Source: Guillardia theta CCMP2712
Lineage: Eukaryota; Protista; Cryptophyta
Assembly: GCF_000315625.1 (NCBI RefSeq)
Contig: NW_005434513.1
Span: forward strand, 20,381 to 84,380
DNA length: 64,000 nucleotides
Direction of reading: 5' to 3'
Shown: positions 46,600 through 61,300 of the stretch, in pieces
How positions within the stretch are numbered: position 1 is the first letter of the stretch
Layout: each line of letters starts with the position of its first letter
Notes under the pieces: generated by a model
The model's input: only the letters and a program-made list of their open reading frames with translations
What the model was told of the DNA's origin: nothing
Databases searched by the model: none
Program-made: the position numbers and the translations under genes

Positions 46600-49328
46600 A
46601 TGGGAACGATGTTGCATGCGAGCTCGACAGCTTTTGCCGCATTTTTCTTGTGCATGGTGGTACAAGTTCAGGCTGTCAGTGTCCGAGTATCCCAGCAGCC
46701 GGGTAGAGCCGTCGCACTGCTCGCCATGCTCGACCAGGTCCGTGCTCCACGTCTCCTACCCCCACGCTGATGGCATGAGCAGCCGCAAGTGCTGGTGTCA
46801 GATGTCGCGTCAGGTGGCCTGGTGACGGTAAAGGTAGAAGAGGTATCAAGAGTACCCCTGGGAGGCAAACCGTCGTACATCACGTCAGGAGGGTTGGTCA
46901 AGTTCACCGACCTCTCAGTCCGTCAAAGTCAAAATTGCACCTTGCGCTTCTTTGTAGACGGGACGCCAGCAGAAGCGCTGTCGTCAAGCTTCTTTGTTGA
47001 TGTGATTGCAATTGTTTGGATGCTTGTAAGAAACATGAAAGTTTGATCTAGAAACCGGTTGCTAGCATCTATCAGCAATTCCTCGTGACCTCCTGGACCG
47101 CTGTAAGTCAACGACGATCTCATTCTTACTTCCTCTCTGAGCCGTTGCTGTGACTGCAGGGTCAATATTTGAACCCAGCGCCAAAGGCATTTCTCAGAAA
47201 CAGTGACAACAACACACTGGTCAACGCTAGGTGATGCCTAGAAGGTAGTCTTGTAAGCAGGAGTAGTTGAGATCGGTGCCTGCAGGGTTCCAGTGTTTGC
47301 CACGTTGTTGGATGAACAACAACGTGTTCAGGTTTCCTTTCCTTCACTTTGCTGTTTTTCCTGCTTGACTTGCCTCTGCAGAAATTTCAAGTCGAGAAAT
47401 CACCACGGTCATGCTGTCAGCAAACAGATTGTTCTTTCTTATATCCGTATGGAAGCAGCATTGCTGTCCATGTTGATATCTTGACTTGTTGTGAAGGTTT
47501 TCAGTTGAGTCAAACTCGTCTTGCTGCGCTTGCAGTACAACCACATGGTGAAGACACTAACTTCCATGATGTTATGTGTGACATGTGGCTGAACATCATT
47601 TGGATGTGATTGACATGTGACTGGATATGATGTTGTTGCATGTGTCGAGTGGCTGATGAACTTGTGTTCTCTTTATTCTTATCGTGGATGAGTGAGATTT
47701 GCTCTCAGTACGGCATGTACGATGCCATCGGGCGGGTACGCGGAATTTCTGAATGCAACAGTTACCAAGTGAGGAGGTCCAATCATTATCAAGATACTAA
47801 CTTCGAGTAGGGCTGGACGATACTCGCTCAGTGTCAAGGTCCTCGAGTACGACGTGTCGGTAAGGAGACTGAAGTCAGAGATGTCAAACTTGACCGCGAG
47901 CCCTGCGACCTTAGCAAATCGAGTTCAACAGCATCAGTGTTCAGTTTGACATCTTGCCGGTAGTTTGCGATGTTGACAGAGATGGAGCAGAGAATAACTT
48001 TGACACAAGGGATCCGCTACCAACCTGATGCTCCTTGAACCCCTCGTGACAAGTTACATCGATGGGCTGCAGTCAAGAGGTGGTCGTGTCGTGTCACCAT
48101 AGACTTTTAATACGTTCCCAGCTCTCTCCCCAGCTCCTGTCATCCAGTTCAGTGACCAGTATGGCAACCCAACGGTCCTGTCCGACACAAGTCTGCCGGC
48201 AGTGACGGTAAGGAGGAGGAGGAGGAGGGTACAACGTTGTTCGAGTTGTAGTTGACGGGGAGAGCAGGTGTCTGCGGTGTTGTGCGTTGACGGGTCAGAC
48301 GCAGCAGCTCGAGCAAGTTCAGCCTGCCTCTGCAACAACACGGTCTGACCCGCTCCTGTTGACTTTCCTGTCTCACCTGCTGCTGTTGACTTTCCTGTCT
48401 CACCTGCTGCTGTTGACTTTCCTGTCTCACCTGCTGCTGTTGACTTTCCTGTCTCACCTGCTGCTGTTGACTTTCCTGTCTCACCTGCTGCTGTTGACTT
48501 TCTGACGCATCTTATCATCATCTTTTTCTCACCTTCTTATCAGGCTTGCCTCTCGTCTCAGTTCCAGAGCTCTCAGCCCTTCGGTGAAGCTTGTCGTCTG
48601 ATGTTGTTGTGTGTAATGAGATGGGAAGGGCTCGAGGGCAAGACAACCTCGGTCTTCGCCGGCAACACGGCAAAGTTCACAGACCTGCGAGTGACAGTGG
48701 CAAGGCAAGACTTGTTCCTCGCGTTTAAGCAGGTCAAGTTTGATTTGTTGATGTGACTTTCCTGTTCGTCTTGTTTCGTTCGTTTTCTCTCGTTGTGATG
48801 CGATAATTCAGTACGATTTGTTTGCTTGTCGTTCTTGATAGTCCGACCCCTCGTGTTCTCAATCTCTTACACCTGCCACTCTTTCGCCCCTCCTCTCTCC
48901 ATCCTCTGCTGCCAGTCTTGCTTGTCCAGCTCTCCTCCTCCTCCTCCACGTCTTCTTCCCCTTAACCTTGGTTTTCATGACAATGTCACAGACTGTTCTC
49001 ACATTGAGTTCGGACTTCATTCTCTCCACGAAGTTCATTGTCAGTCCAGGGTCCTTGTCCAGGTAAGCCTTCTACATCTTCTACTTCGTGTACTACTACT
49101 TCTTCTTCTACCTCTTCTACCTCTTCTACCTCTTCTACCTCTACTCAGTCTAAATTCACTTCTTCTCCTCCACCACCTCCCTCTTTTCTAACTTTCTGTG
49201 TCTTATGACTTACACCTTTGCGTGTAGTCTGGAGTTGGTACGAGATCCAGGTGATTTGCATTCCCCTGAGGAGCTACTGCAACAGCTGCAGCAGCTGCTG
49301 CTGTTGTTGTTGTTGTTGTTGTTGTTGT

Positions 49329-49386
<58 letters not shown>

Positions 49387-52300
49387 GGTGGTGGTGGTGT
49401 TTGTGGTGGTGGTAGTAGAGATGATGATGTCCCTGGTCATGATGGAGGGACTGCTACTGAGCTCACTGCAGGTCTCATCAGCAACTGCCTCCGATGTCCT
49501 GTGGCGGTCAACGTTGCCGACCAGCCGCTTGTTGCGACTGTTCGTCTTCTCGATCGCTTCCTCAACCTCATTTCCTTCTGCTCCTCCATCGCCTGCTTCG
49601 GCCTCTCCTCCTCCCCCATCGACGTCTCCCTCCTCCAGGCGCAGGCCAGCACCCCGCAGAGTCTCAGCAGGGGAACCACCAGCCAGGCAACAGCTGGACT
49701 TATAGACTTCACGGACTTGTTCGTGACAGGAGCAGGAGGAGGGTATCAGCTTCGCTTCTCCGTTCCAGGGAAGAACATCTCTGTCCTCTCCTCCTCCTTC
49801 TCCGTCGTCAACGGTGCCCCCAGGAGCTTCTTCGTCCTCAACGCCTCCTCAGTCATCGCCGACTCCAACTTCCTCCCCCTCCAGCCCACCATCCAAATCT
49901 CCGACGCGCGCGGCAACCGCGTCTCCTCCGACTGCTACACGAGCTGCTCCACCAAGGCAAAGTGTGACCCCCTTGCTCCTCAGGACTGCCCGGTGGAGGC
50001 AAAGGTTGCTCTCTCCTCCTCCTCCTCCTCCTCCTCCTCCTCCTCCTCCTATATCTTTGGGGCTCAGACGCTCTCGCTCGTCACTGGCACGGCGACGTTC
50101 ACCGATCTTGCCATCTTCGCTCTTCCTCCCTCCCAGGACGCGTGCAAGTGTCTCAACGGGCTCGCGCAGCAGTTCGAAGCTTGTCCCGCCTGCTTGGATG
50201 TCGCGTGTTCCCTTCCCGCTCCCTTCCCCTTCTACCAGCTCAACTTCTCCTCCTCCACTGGAGACCCAACGGTTCGCAGCGCAACATGGAACGTAACGAT
50301 GCAGCGGAAGGCGTCGAGGATGTTCATCAGGAATCCACCGCCGTCAGTCGTGGCGCTCGAGCCGTTCGTGTCCCCGTTTGTCATCGAGTTTCACGACTGC
50401 AGCGGTCAAATCTCGACTTTGACCCGCGGACAAGTCACAGCTCGCATCAAAGACAACGCGGGTGGGGGACGTTTGACGTCTGCCTCCGGCTTGACAGCTC
50501 AGTCGAAAGATGTGAGGATTGAACATCTCTTCCTCCTCCTCTCCTCTCGCTTCTTACCTCCTTCCTCGCCATGCTCCCTCACCTTCTCTCCCTCCCTCTC
50601 CTGCCCTGCACCCCACCATCCCCTCGTCCCCTACTGTCGTGTTCCTCTCCCTCTCCCTTCTCAGCTTGCTCACCCTCCCTTCCTCCCCTCCCCTCCTCTC
50701 CTCTCCTCTCCTCTCCTCTCCTCTCCTCTCCTCTCCTCTCCTCTCCTCTCCTCTCCTCTCCTCTCCTCTCCTCTCCTCTCCTCTCACCTCGTCTCGTCTC
50801 GTCTCTTCTTATCTCGTTTCACCTTAGGGAATCGCCGAGTTCACAGATCTCAGCATCGATCTCTTTGCCAACGGCTACACCCTCGCCTTCACCTTCAACA
50901 GCATCTTCTCGCTTCCTGACATCGTCTCTCCGGTCTCCGCTCCCTTCTTTCTCCTTTCTTTATCCTCCTCCTCCTCCCCCTCCTCCTCCCCCTCTTCCTC
51001 TNNNNNNNNNNNNNNNNNNNNNNNNNNNNNNNNNNNNNNNNNNNNNNNNNNNNNNNNNNNNNNNNNNNNNNNNNNNNNNNNNNNNNNNNNNNNNNNNNNN
51101 NCTCAGTCATCGCCGACTCCAACTTCCTCCCCCTCCAGCCCACCATCCAAATCTCCGACGCGCGCGGCAACCGCGTCTCCTCCGACTGCTACACCTCCTC
51201 CTCCTCCTCCTCCTCCTCTCCTCCTCCTCCTCCTCCTCCTCCTCCTCCTCCCTCCTCCTCCTCCTCCTCCTCCTCCTCCTCCTCCTCCTCCTCCTCCTCC
51301 TCCTCCTCCCTGTCTTCCTTCCTTCTCGTTCCCTTGTTCTCCTTCCCCTTCCTTTCTCCTCCTTCCCTTCTCCGCTCACCTTCTCTTCTCTCTTCCTGCT
51401 TCTCTTCCCTTTCCCTTTCTTACGTCTTCTCCTTCCCTCATTCACCTTCAGGCGTTCTCAGTCAAGAAACCCGTCAGAGCGCTGGTCATCGCCCAACAGC
51501 CTGTGGCCGTCCAAGGTCAAACTCTCGAATTTGACTCCTTCGCTCCTACTGCCTCCCAATTTTCTCCTCGTATCATGAACTTTCAAGTTCCCTTCTTACA
51601 TCGCCTCTTCCATGACTCGCCTCTCCTCCTACTCTCCTCTCCTCCTCTGTTCTCCTCTTTCCCCTTCTACTCTCTCCTCATCTCCTCCATCTCATCTCTG
51701 TGACTTGATCGTCGCCTCAGCCGGTCTTCCTCTCAAAGCTGCCAAGATCAACTGCAACGATGAGGATGGAAATCTCGTTGACCTCTCGCGTATCGCCGTC
51801 GATGCAAAGATTGAGCTGAACCCAGCCAACCTGCAGGTGCGATCTCATCCTGCTCCATCTCATGCTCCATCTCCTGCTCCATCTCCTGCTCCATCTCATG
51901 CTCAATCTCCTGCTCCATCTCCTGCTCCTCCTTCTGGTCCTCCTGCTTGTCCGCCTGCTCCTCCTCTAGCTCCTCCAGCTCCTACTCCTTCTTGCTTCTC
52001 CTTCTCTACCACCATCCCTTCCACAAGCAACTCCGTTTTCTATTGCTACATCTATTGTCTGGTCCTTCGCTCAGTGCCTTCCTCCTCCCTTATTCGTCTC
52101 CTCCTCCTCCTACTACTACTACTTCTCCTCCTCCTTCTTCTCCTCCTGCTTCTCCTCCTGCTTCTCCTCCTGCTTCTCCTCCTGCTTCTCCTCCTGCTTC
52201 TCATTCATCTTCTCCTTCTCTGTTTCTCTTTCTCCTCAACGACATTGCAGGAGCACGACCCGGGTCAGTCGGACCTCACAGGAACGTTGCAAGAGAGAGC

Positions 52301-55300
52301 TAATGGCGGGGTTGCGACTTTCAACAACCTCATACTGAACAAGGTAAGCGAGAGAGGACGAGGAGGAGGACGAGGAACAGGAGGAGGGAGGACGAGGACG
52401 AGGACGAGGACATGTTAAGGATCTATGGTGGATGAGTGGTGGGGGGAAGGACGAGGATGGAGAGGACGGGGAAGCAGAGGATTGAGACAAGGAGGAGAAG
52501 GAGGAGGAGATGGAAGGCAATAATAAAGAGAAGAATGAGCTGGAGGGAGAATGAAGGGGAGGGAGGAGGAGCAGGAGGAGGAGGGAGGAGGAGCAGAAGG
52601 AGGGAGGAGGAGGGAGGAGGAGGGAGGAGGAGGAGGAGGAGACTTACCAGGGTTTGCAGGCATCGCTGGGTCAGAATTTGACTCTTGTAGACTTCAAGAT
52701 TTCATTTCAAGCTGCCGGAGCTTCAGTCTCCTCCCTTGCCTTCCAAGTGCTCCCAGGACCTTGGACCAAACTCTTCCTCCCCAAATTCGGACAGGTCCTC
52801 CCCCTCCTCCTCTTCCTCCCTCCTTCGTGATCATCCTCCTCCACCACTACCATCTCCTCCTCGTTCTCCTGTTTGTCCTCCTCCTGATCCTCCTGCTCCT
52901 CCTCCCTACCTTCGTTCCCTCCCCACGCTCTTGCTTCAGTTGTTTCACCTCCGCGTCTTCATTTCCTCCATCTTGTTCGTAGTCTTCCTCCCACATCTTG
53001 TCATTCTGGCTCAGCTCTGCTCTCTTTCTCTTCCTTCTCCTCGTCTCGTCTCTGCCCTGCTTGTTCCTTATGCAAGTTTTACAGCCCATCGGAGGAGAAG
53101 CGGGAAAAGTTTTAGTCCGGCAGGTGACCGCAGCACACAAAGAGGGGAGGTGGAAGGAGGGAGGAGATGGTGGCGGTAGAAGAAGGAGGAGGAAGAGGAG
53201 GAAAAGTTGTGGAAGCGAGAGATTGGAGGGAAAAAAGGAGGGGAAGAGGCGATAGGAAGGAGCGCAGGAGCGTTGGAAGAGAGGATGGGAGAACGCGAGG
53301 AAACGTAGAGAGGGAGGAGGAGGAAGAAGTAGAGGAGGAGGAGAAGAAGGAGGAGATGGAGGAGGAAGTGAAAGACTTGTGACTTTGGTGTTAGCCTATG
53401 GTTTATCTCGTGGATCAGTGGAACAACCGAGTCTGCGATGGCGCTTCTCTCGCTTGCCCAGCCAACGCGTCCGATGGGCTGCTGGTGTTTGTGACCCTTC
53501 AGGCGCCTGCTGCCGTGCAGGAAGCGAATTCATCGGTGAGGAGACTTAAGAGGAGAGGAGAGGAGAGGAGAGGAGAGGAGAGGAGAGGAGAGGAGAGGAG
53601 AGGAGAGGAGAGGAGAGGAGAGGAGAGGAGAGGAGAGGAGAGGAGAGGAGAGGAGAGGAGAAGAGAGGAGAGAGAGTTTAGGGGAGGGGAGGGAAGAGGA
53701 CCAGAGCGGAAGGAAGGGAATGGAAGGGGATGGGAGAGAGGACGAGAGAGGAGGAGAGGAAGAAGAGTGAAGTGTAAAAGTTGATTGATCGGTGTCTTTG
53801 TCTTTGACTTTTTTTTTTGCAGCTTCTGCTTCAAGACAGCTGCGACCTAATCTGCGAGGGTCTGCGACCCATCAAATGTAGGAGTTGTCAATATCACAAC
53901 GCGACCGTTAAAGCTGGTAAGTCCTCGTGTTGTTGTCAAACTCTCTGTCGTTTATATCCTTGCATTCATTTCTCCTCCCTTCTCTTCCCAGCTTCCTCTA
54001 CCTTCCTCTGTCCCTTTACCTCTGCCTCCTCTATCCCACCTGCTAGCCTCTCCCTCGTCTCGTCTCTTGTTCTTCTCGTTCTTGTCCCTCTCCCTCTCCC
54101 TCTCCCTCTCCCTCTTCCTCTTCCTCTTCCTCTTCCTCTCACCTGCCCTACCTCCTCTCACCTTCCCTCCAGGCATCGCCAGCTTCACGGATCTTCGCAT
54201 CGATCGAGCATGCGACGCAGCTTGCGGCGGCTTCTCCTTCACCTTTCAGGCGCAATCAGTGGCGGCCACTAGCGACATCTTCTTCATACGCAACTCAGCT
54301 CCAGACTATCCCGTCATGTTGACTACCATGGCAGTTGACAACCCTGCAGACCAGGCCCTCCTTGTTCAGCCTCAGGTCACAGTCAGAGATCGTTTCGGAA
54401 ACGCAGTAGCGCAAGACATCATACCCAACAGGTCAAGTCCAACTCCTCCTTGCTCCCCCTTCCTCTTTGTACTTTCTCTCCCTTTGACCACCACTCTCTC
54501 GTCCGTCCTTGTCAATTTTGTTTTCTCCCCTCCCCTTTCCCTCCCCCTCCCCCTTCCCCCTTCCTCAACTCATCGCAGGACCGTCACAGCAACGCTCATC
54601 TCTAAGACCAGCATTCCCTCCTCTGGCACTCGCTGCGGCTTCTCCTTCACCTCCCTCGACGGCTCCTCCTCCATCCCCGTCAACGAGCAGGGCATCGGCG
54701 TCTTCACGGACCTGGCGATCAGGACGGCAGGAGCTGGGTTCAAGCTGGATTTTGCCTTCACGTCCTCCAAGGGTCTCATCCTTGTGAGTTCTTCGGACTT
54801 CAACGTGGTTCCAGGGCAGACAGTCTCCCTCTGCTCTCTTGCCTCCCCCTCCGGCTGCTCCTCCAGAGCTGCCTGCTCCTTCTTCTCTCGTATCGCCTGC
54901 GTCGACCAGTACGGCAACGTCAACCAGCAGTGCCAGTCGGGGGTGGGTAAGACCGCGCTTATCGCCCCACCACAGGACAGGATTGACTACCAGTACCTCG
55001 ACTGCGGGGCAGGAATATGCGTCAAGCTCGTTGCTCCCTCCTCCACCTCTCTCTCCCTCGCTCGCACGTGGACGAACTTCGTCGATTGCTCGCAGCGTCG
55101 GTGTGAAGAAGAGCCAGTAGCGGGAGTAGCTACTTTCACTCAGTTGTACTTCAAAGTGCCTTCGGCGCAGTACAAACTTCGCTTTTACATGTACCGAGTG
55201 AACGAGTTTCTTCAGAAGGTATGATAATTATGATGATCATAATCATGATCATGATGATAGTGGTGGTGGTGGTGGTGGTGATGGTGATGATGATGATGAT

Positions 55301-58300
55301 GATGATTTTTCATGGAAACGATAGAGATGATGATGATGATGATGATAAAGATGCGAATGATGTGGAAGATGCAAAGGATTGGTCGTCTTTGTGGAGGAAG
55401 GAAAGGAGAAGTACCATGGATGATGACGAAGAAGTTTTCTGAGGGTTCTTGTGAATGAATTGTTCATGCGATCAACGAGCAGAATAGATTTCTTGTTTGT
55501 TCAAAAAGCTTGACAGTTGTTGTTCCTGCGTCCAGGTGTCAACTTGGAGTGTTTTGACGGAACCCTTCACTATCCTTCCTCTTCCTCCTCGGCTCACCTC
55601 AGCGTTCTTCTCGGCCTCTTTCAGCCAGCTTGTTATCTACTTTGACAAGCCAACCAAGTAATCTTCAACTTTCGCTCTCCTCAATTCTCCTCCCTCCCTC
55701 TTTCTTTCACCTCATCCCGATCACATCTTTTTCTCATCATTGCCTCCCGTCTTCTTTCACTCTGCCTTTGTTGTTCTTCACTCACCTTCTACTTCAGCAT
55801 GAACAACTCCCCCGGCACAGCTCTCGCCCTTCCCTGCACGAACCTACTGGACCCGAAAGTTATCAGCCAGCTGGGCTCGAACCCGAGCTGCACCTGGTTG
55901 GACCCATACAGCATACAGGTGACGATGGGGCTGGGGGCGACGATCAGCATGGAGACGCAGATCTTGCTGGGGACCAGCTCGAACGTTACCTTCTCTTTCT
56001 CCTACAACGGCTCCCTCCTCACATCTCTGCCAGCCACGACCTCCAAGACCTTCATCATCGACGGCAGCTCTCTTCCCACCATCTTCCCAGCTTCTCCTCC
56101 ATCTCTTCCTTCCCCCACCCCCATCGTCGTCAGCCCTCAGCTGCTGGGTGCTTGTGACCCGGTGCGCATGGACGCGAGTTTGAGCTATGGAAGGGCCAGC
56201 AGGAGCTTCACGCAGTTGGACTGGGCGCTGGACTTCAGCTCCTCGCTGCTCCAGGACGGCATTCTGACAGCTGGGAACGTGCCCTCATTCAGCAAACGGT
56301 CTATTCACTTCTCCTCCCTCCTTCCCGGCGACCGCAGCACCGTCACGGTCTCGCTGCAGCCCAACATTCCCCTCCTACCCGGCACCAACATCACCATCCA
56401 CGGCCTCCCCGGATATTCGTCGCAGCCTCAAGCGTGCGGAACGCTGAGCGGAGCTGTAGAAGGTAGCGCGTGCACGTTGGGGCTGGACGCGAGTTTGACC
56501 TGCCACAACACGAGCATCACAGGGAAGGACGCAGACCTGTTCGCCGGCGGAGGAGGAAACTTGTCGTTTGCAGAATGGGTGGACGAGGGGCTGAGACGCG
56601 GGAACCTGGTGATGAAGATGGGAGAAGGAAAGTTCATGTCAGAAGAGACGATCTCTGTGTTTTCCTTCGAGCTCGTCCTCCCGACTCTTGACGTCTCTTC
56701 CTGGATCACCGACGGCCAGCTTGTCTCATCAACGTCTCCCTACCCTCTTGCCATCTCCACAGACTCGCAGATTGGACGGATCGCCATGCAAAGCGCCTCT
56801 TCCGACATCATCCCAGCTACTTTCCTGCTCGACCGGCGGCCACCCGACCTGGTACGAGGAAGCATCGCTCAGTCTTCCTCCGCCAACTCTGCTCTTAACT
56901 TCATCACCTTCTCCTTCTCGCTCTCGCTCTCCCTCGGCCCTGGGAGTCTCGTCAAGCTGAGCGGGCTGCTGGGCTCGCGCACCAAGAGCGGGAGAGTCTG
57001 CCCGGTGACTGAGACCGCGTCTTCCCAGCTCACCTGCGAGCTTTGTGCTGAACAGCTAGAGCTGGGAAAGGCAACTTTCGATCAAGCTAAGGGCGAGCTC
57101 ACATTCCAAGTGGGAGGAGACAAAAAGTTGGAGGCCGGCGCCTCTTACGCCCTCCAGTTTCCCCTGCTCAACCCCAGCAGCAGGCAGACAGCGAACTCTA
57201 CAGTCCTCGTACAGTTTGTGGCAGGTGGGGTGACCGGCTCAAAATTCATCGTGGCTGGAAAGGTGCTGGAGGGAGGAGAGGCACCATCCTTCCTCTTCCT
57301 CTTCGCCTCACAGTCAAACAACTTCCTCCATCTCCACAACCTGCTGGAGATCAGCTTCGCTCTCAACGTTCCCCTCCTCGACGGCACCGTCCTCCTCCTG
57401 GACCTCTTGGACTCTCGCGTGATGCTCAACGTGTCTGAGATGCAGCAGATGGCAGGCAACAGCAGCAGTTGCGTCCTCCTCAACTCCACAACTGGCTCCG
57501 TCCTCGAGTTTCTTGTAGCTGAGAACTGCACGATCGTAGCTGGGCAGCGGCTAGAGGTCAAACTTCTCGTGAAGAATGACGTTGCAACGATGCCTTCAGC
57601 GTCGCTGTCAATGTCTGCGAGCTCTGGAGTCTGTCGCTCCTGCTCGCTCTCCTGCGACTGCAACTCCATCCAGCCCTTCGACTTCAAGACACAGGTGACG
57701 CCGCTGGTAGGAGCTGTGATGAGGGATGTACGGGAGATCGTGTTCAACATGGCCAAGGTGGTAGAGAACAACACGCTGATGCTGCAGGAGAACTTTCTCA
57801 CTGTCAACTTCAGCGTCAACGCACAGATATCAGCCGGTTCAAACATCACCATCATTGGTATCGCGGGTGCATCCACCGATCTTATGTCCCCAACTTGTGA
57901 GAGCGGGACTGAGGAGTCATGTTGGGTAGACGTTACAGTCTTTGACGAGTTTGACCGTCCCAACGTCCTTGTCAGCGGCTTCTCAGCCCGTTTCCACCCT
58001 CTTGATGGCAACTTGACGCTCTCGCTCAACCGGACCCTTCCAACTGATCAGACCATCACCATCAGATTTGCCGTCGTCAACGGTCGTGTCAATCAAAATG
58101 CTCAACTTGTCGTCTTGGGCGAGCTGGTCGTTGACATCTGCCAGGGAAAGCTCAGCTGCAGTGAGACGATTGACATGATCAGCACCGTCGAAGTTTCTCG
58201 CGAAGTTGACGGGCAGGTCTTGCGGATGCAGGGAGCAGCTCAGATCTCCTCCTTCTCCCTCCACCAGTCCTCCTTCGCCTTCAGCGCTCCCAACATCATC

Positions 58301-61300
58301 ACTGTCACGCTCTCCACCAACTTCGCGCTCGTGGGGGGTCAAACGGTCCTGACAGTCTCCGGGTTCGGGCAGATGACGTCACCGTCCTCGGCCCCATGCG
58401 AGATCGTCAACGATACCAAGAAGCTGACGGAGCAGACTGGGAAGATCCTAGTAGCCAACGAGCTTCCAAGCCCCTCCATATTCTTCTCCTCGTCTTCCTC
58501 CTCCGAGTGCAAGTGGGAGCAGTCCCAGCTGACTCTCAACTTCACCGTCCCCGAGGACTTCCTTGCAGGTTGGAATCTTGTCTTCCATTTCCTCCTCTTC
58601 AACTCTGGGACCTCTCGCAGCCCGTCCACCCCCCAGCTCTCGCTGACCAGCGGCGACATCACCATCTCCTCGTTCGCCGCCGCCTCTCAATTTCTCGGAG
58701 GGTACGACAACCCCAAGTTCCTCAACGCGTCGGTGGATGCACTCGAGCTCATCTACGGCGGATTTTCTCTGCTCTCCATCTCCTTCGACACCAACATCCT
58801 CCTTCTCTCCGACCCAACCCCGGCTCGCGTCACCATTGCTGGTCTTGCGGGCTTCTCCTCCTCCTCCTCCTCCCTCGCTCTCTCCGGCTCAAGCCCTTTC
58901 TTGTCATCTTACACGGGCGCGGCGGAGTGGGACGAGCAGCAGAAGGAGGTAGTGCTCAAGGGAGGGACGGTGGGGACGAGCGTCTCTTTCCAGCTGTACC
59001 TGCGGCTGCAGAGCTACCAGGTAGCGGGAGCGAACGCGTGGGACAGCATCAGCATCGTTGCCTCGTGCAACTACGCGACTCTCCCCTCCTTTCCCGTCAA
59101 GTTCGTGCGACCCAAGACCTTTGTAGCTCAGGCCCAGCTGGTGAGGGCAGCGGTGGCGGAGGCGAATCAGATTCAAGGGCTGACCAACAGGATCACGTTG
59201 CGACTGACTTCTAACGTCGCTGTCTATCCTCTCTCTCAGATTGTAGTCTCTGGTCTCCTTGGCTCCTCCTCCCCCTCTAACCAGCAGCTCCCGCTGTACG
59301 GGGAGGATGCAAAGGTGTTCGGAAACGCAGGGAGCTGGGAACAAGGAGGAGGAACGTTGACCTTGACTGTATCTGCGGGGGTGACGGTTGAAAGCAACTT
59401 TGAGCTTGTCGTCTCCTTCGATCTTGTCAATTCCATGCAGCCCAGCGCTGGCTCTGCTCCTACCGCTCAGCTTCTCCTCCGCTCCCCTCCTGAATCCCTC
59501 GACACTCAGGTAATCTCAACAACTTCCGTCCTGTGTGAGGGGCCGAAGATCTTGACCGCGTCAATCTCGGCGACGTTTGCGAGGAAGGAGGTAGCGGAGA
59601 GCAACGCAGTCAACAACGCCTTCAACACCATCACAGTCACCATGATGCTCAACAGACCGGCTGCGACCAACTCGATCTTTCAGTTCGACGGCCTAGCGAG
59701 TCAAACGGCGTCAGGGAACCTTGTGCTGACAGGCAAGAGCGGGGGACTGTTCGGAGGGACAGGAGTGTGGAGCAGGGAGGGGTCGTCGATGAACGTGACC
59801 CTCACGTCTGACATCTCTGAATTCCTTCTCATCGTGTTCTCCTTCTCCATGAAGAACGTCGACTGCCTGTCAAACTGCACCAGCCGTTCGATCTTCCTGT
59901 CGCTGATAGTGGACGGAATGAGAATCATCGACAGAAGCGAGGTCGTTGGCAAGGTAAGTGTCAGCAAGCTGACTAGTCTCGCGTTCATGACTGTCTCTGT
60001 AGGTGTTGGGGGCAGGCAGGAAGCTTTCATGGAGAAACAAGCTGATATCTCAGACCTCGTCGGTCGCCAACAACTACAACAAGTTATCTTTCACTCTCTC
60101 TCCTTCGGCTCCCATCTTCGGCGGGTCCTCCATCACCATCACTGGGCTGCAATCTGTTCAAGTTCGCCCCTGCAGCCTCTGCTCTCTGACCGACCAGGAG
60201 CTCATCGCTGGCCTCGGCTGCTCCCCAGCTTGCAAAAATTGCAGCCTGACGGACAAGAAGCGCTGCCTGCCGATCTTCTTGGAGGACGGCATTACACCCA
60301 ACGTCAAGTTCGTCGACGCTCTTGCCACCTGGTCCCCCGACTTCTCGAGCGTCTCCTTCACGCTCGCGGCGGGGAGCTCCATGACGGAGTTTGACGATAC
60401 GACCCTCTACGTCGTCGTCAAGAACTCTGCGACAAAGCAGACGCGCGCCGAGTGCTCGTCGATGACATGGCGAGAGGATGCGAGGACGGGCCGGTGTTTG
60501 ACCGCTCTGACTGGGCATGCGACACTATGCGATAACGGCAACACCCTGACCGCCTGCTCCTCTCCCGCTCCCATCGCCACCATCCTTGCGGACGAGGCCC
60601 TCAACCGAACCCTCCTGCCCGGGTCCATCGACCCCTGCGAGATCTGCATCCGCCCTCTTCTTCTTGCAGGTGTGTAACAAGGGGAGAAGAAGTCAATGAT
60701 GGAGATGATGGTGATGGTGATGATGATGATGATGGAGATGATGATGATGATGATGATGATGATGATAATTATGATGATGATGATAGAAGGTGATGATGAC
60801 AGGAGAATCAACAATGTTGTGAGGGTGAGGATGAGAATGAGGGCTGGGAAATGAATTGAGTGAGATGTACTCCACGATTGTCTTGTCATGATGCTGCTGA
60901 TCATGAGAATAACATGAAGCCTTCATATCATATCCTTCATATCATATTATCCTCGTGATCAGCAGTATCAATATGCTCGTGATCAGCAACATCTAGCAAA
61001 AGAAGGAGAAGAGGGATTGAATGAGGAGGAGAATAACGACTGAAATATCAGACATCGTTTTACTTGAAATATTTGTTGTCTGACAAACACCTGACAGCGG
61101 TCAATAACGCCTTGTCATTGAAGAAGACATTGAAAATCGACGGTCTTGTCTTGACGGTGTCAAACTCATCACAGACAGAGACTCTACCAGCTGTAATTTC
61201 ATGTGCCTGCTGACAACCAGACGGCTGACAGTGTGTCCAGGGCAACTATACCTTCTCACTGACCCTCGTCAACTGGCTAAGGTTGCAGACGGTGGGATCA

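Noticed and set aside
51102-51195. Exact copy of exon sequence 49846-49938
   Set aside because: It starts immediately after an N-gap and runs into a (CCT)n tract; most likely an assembly artefact rather than exon duplication.
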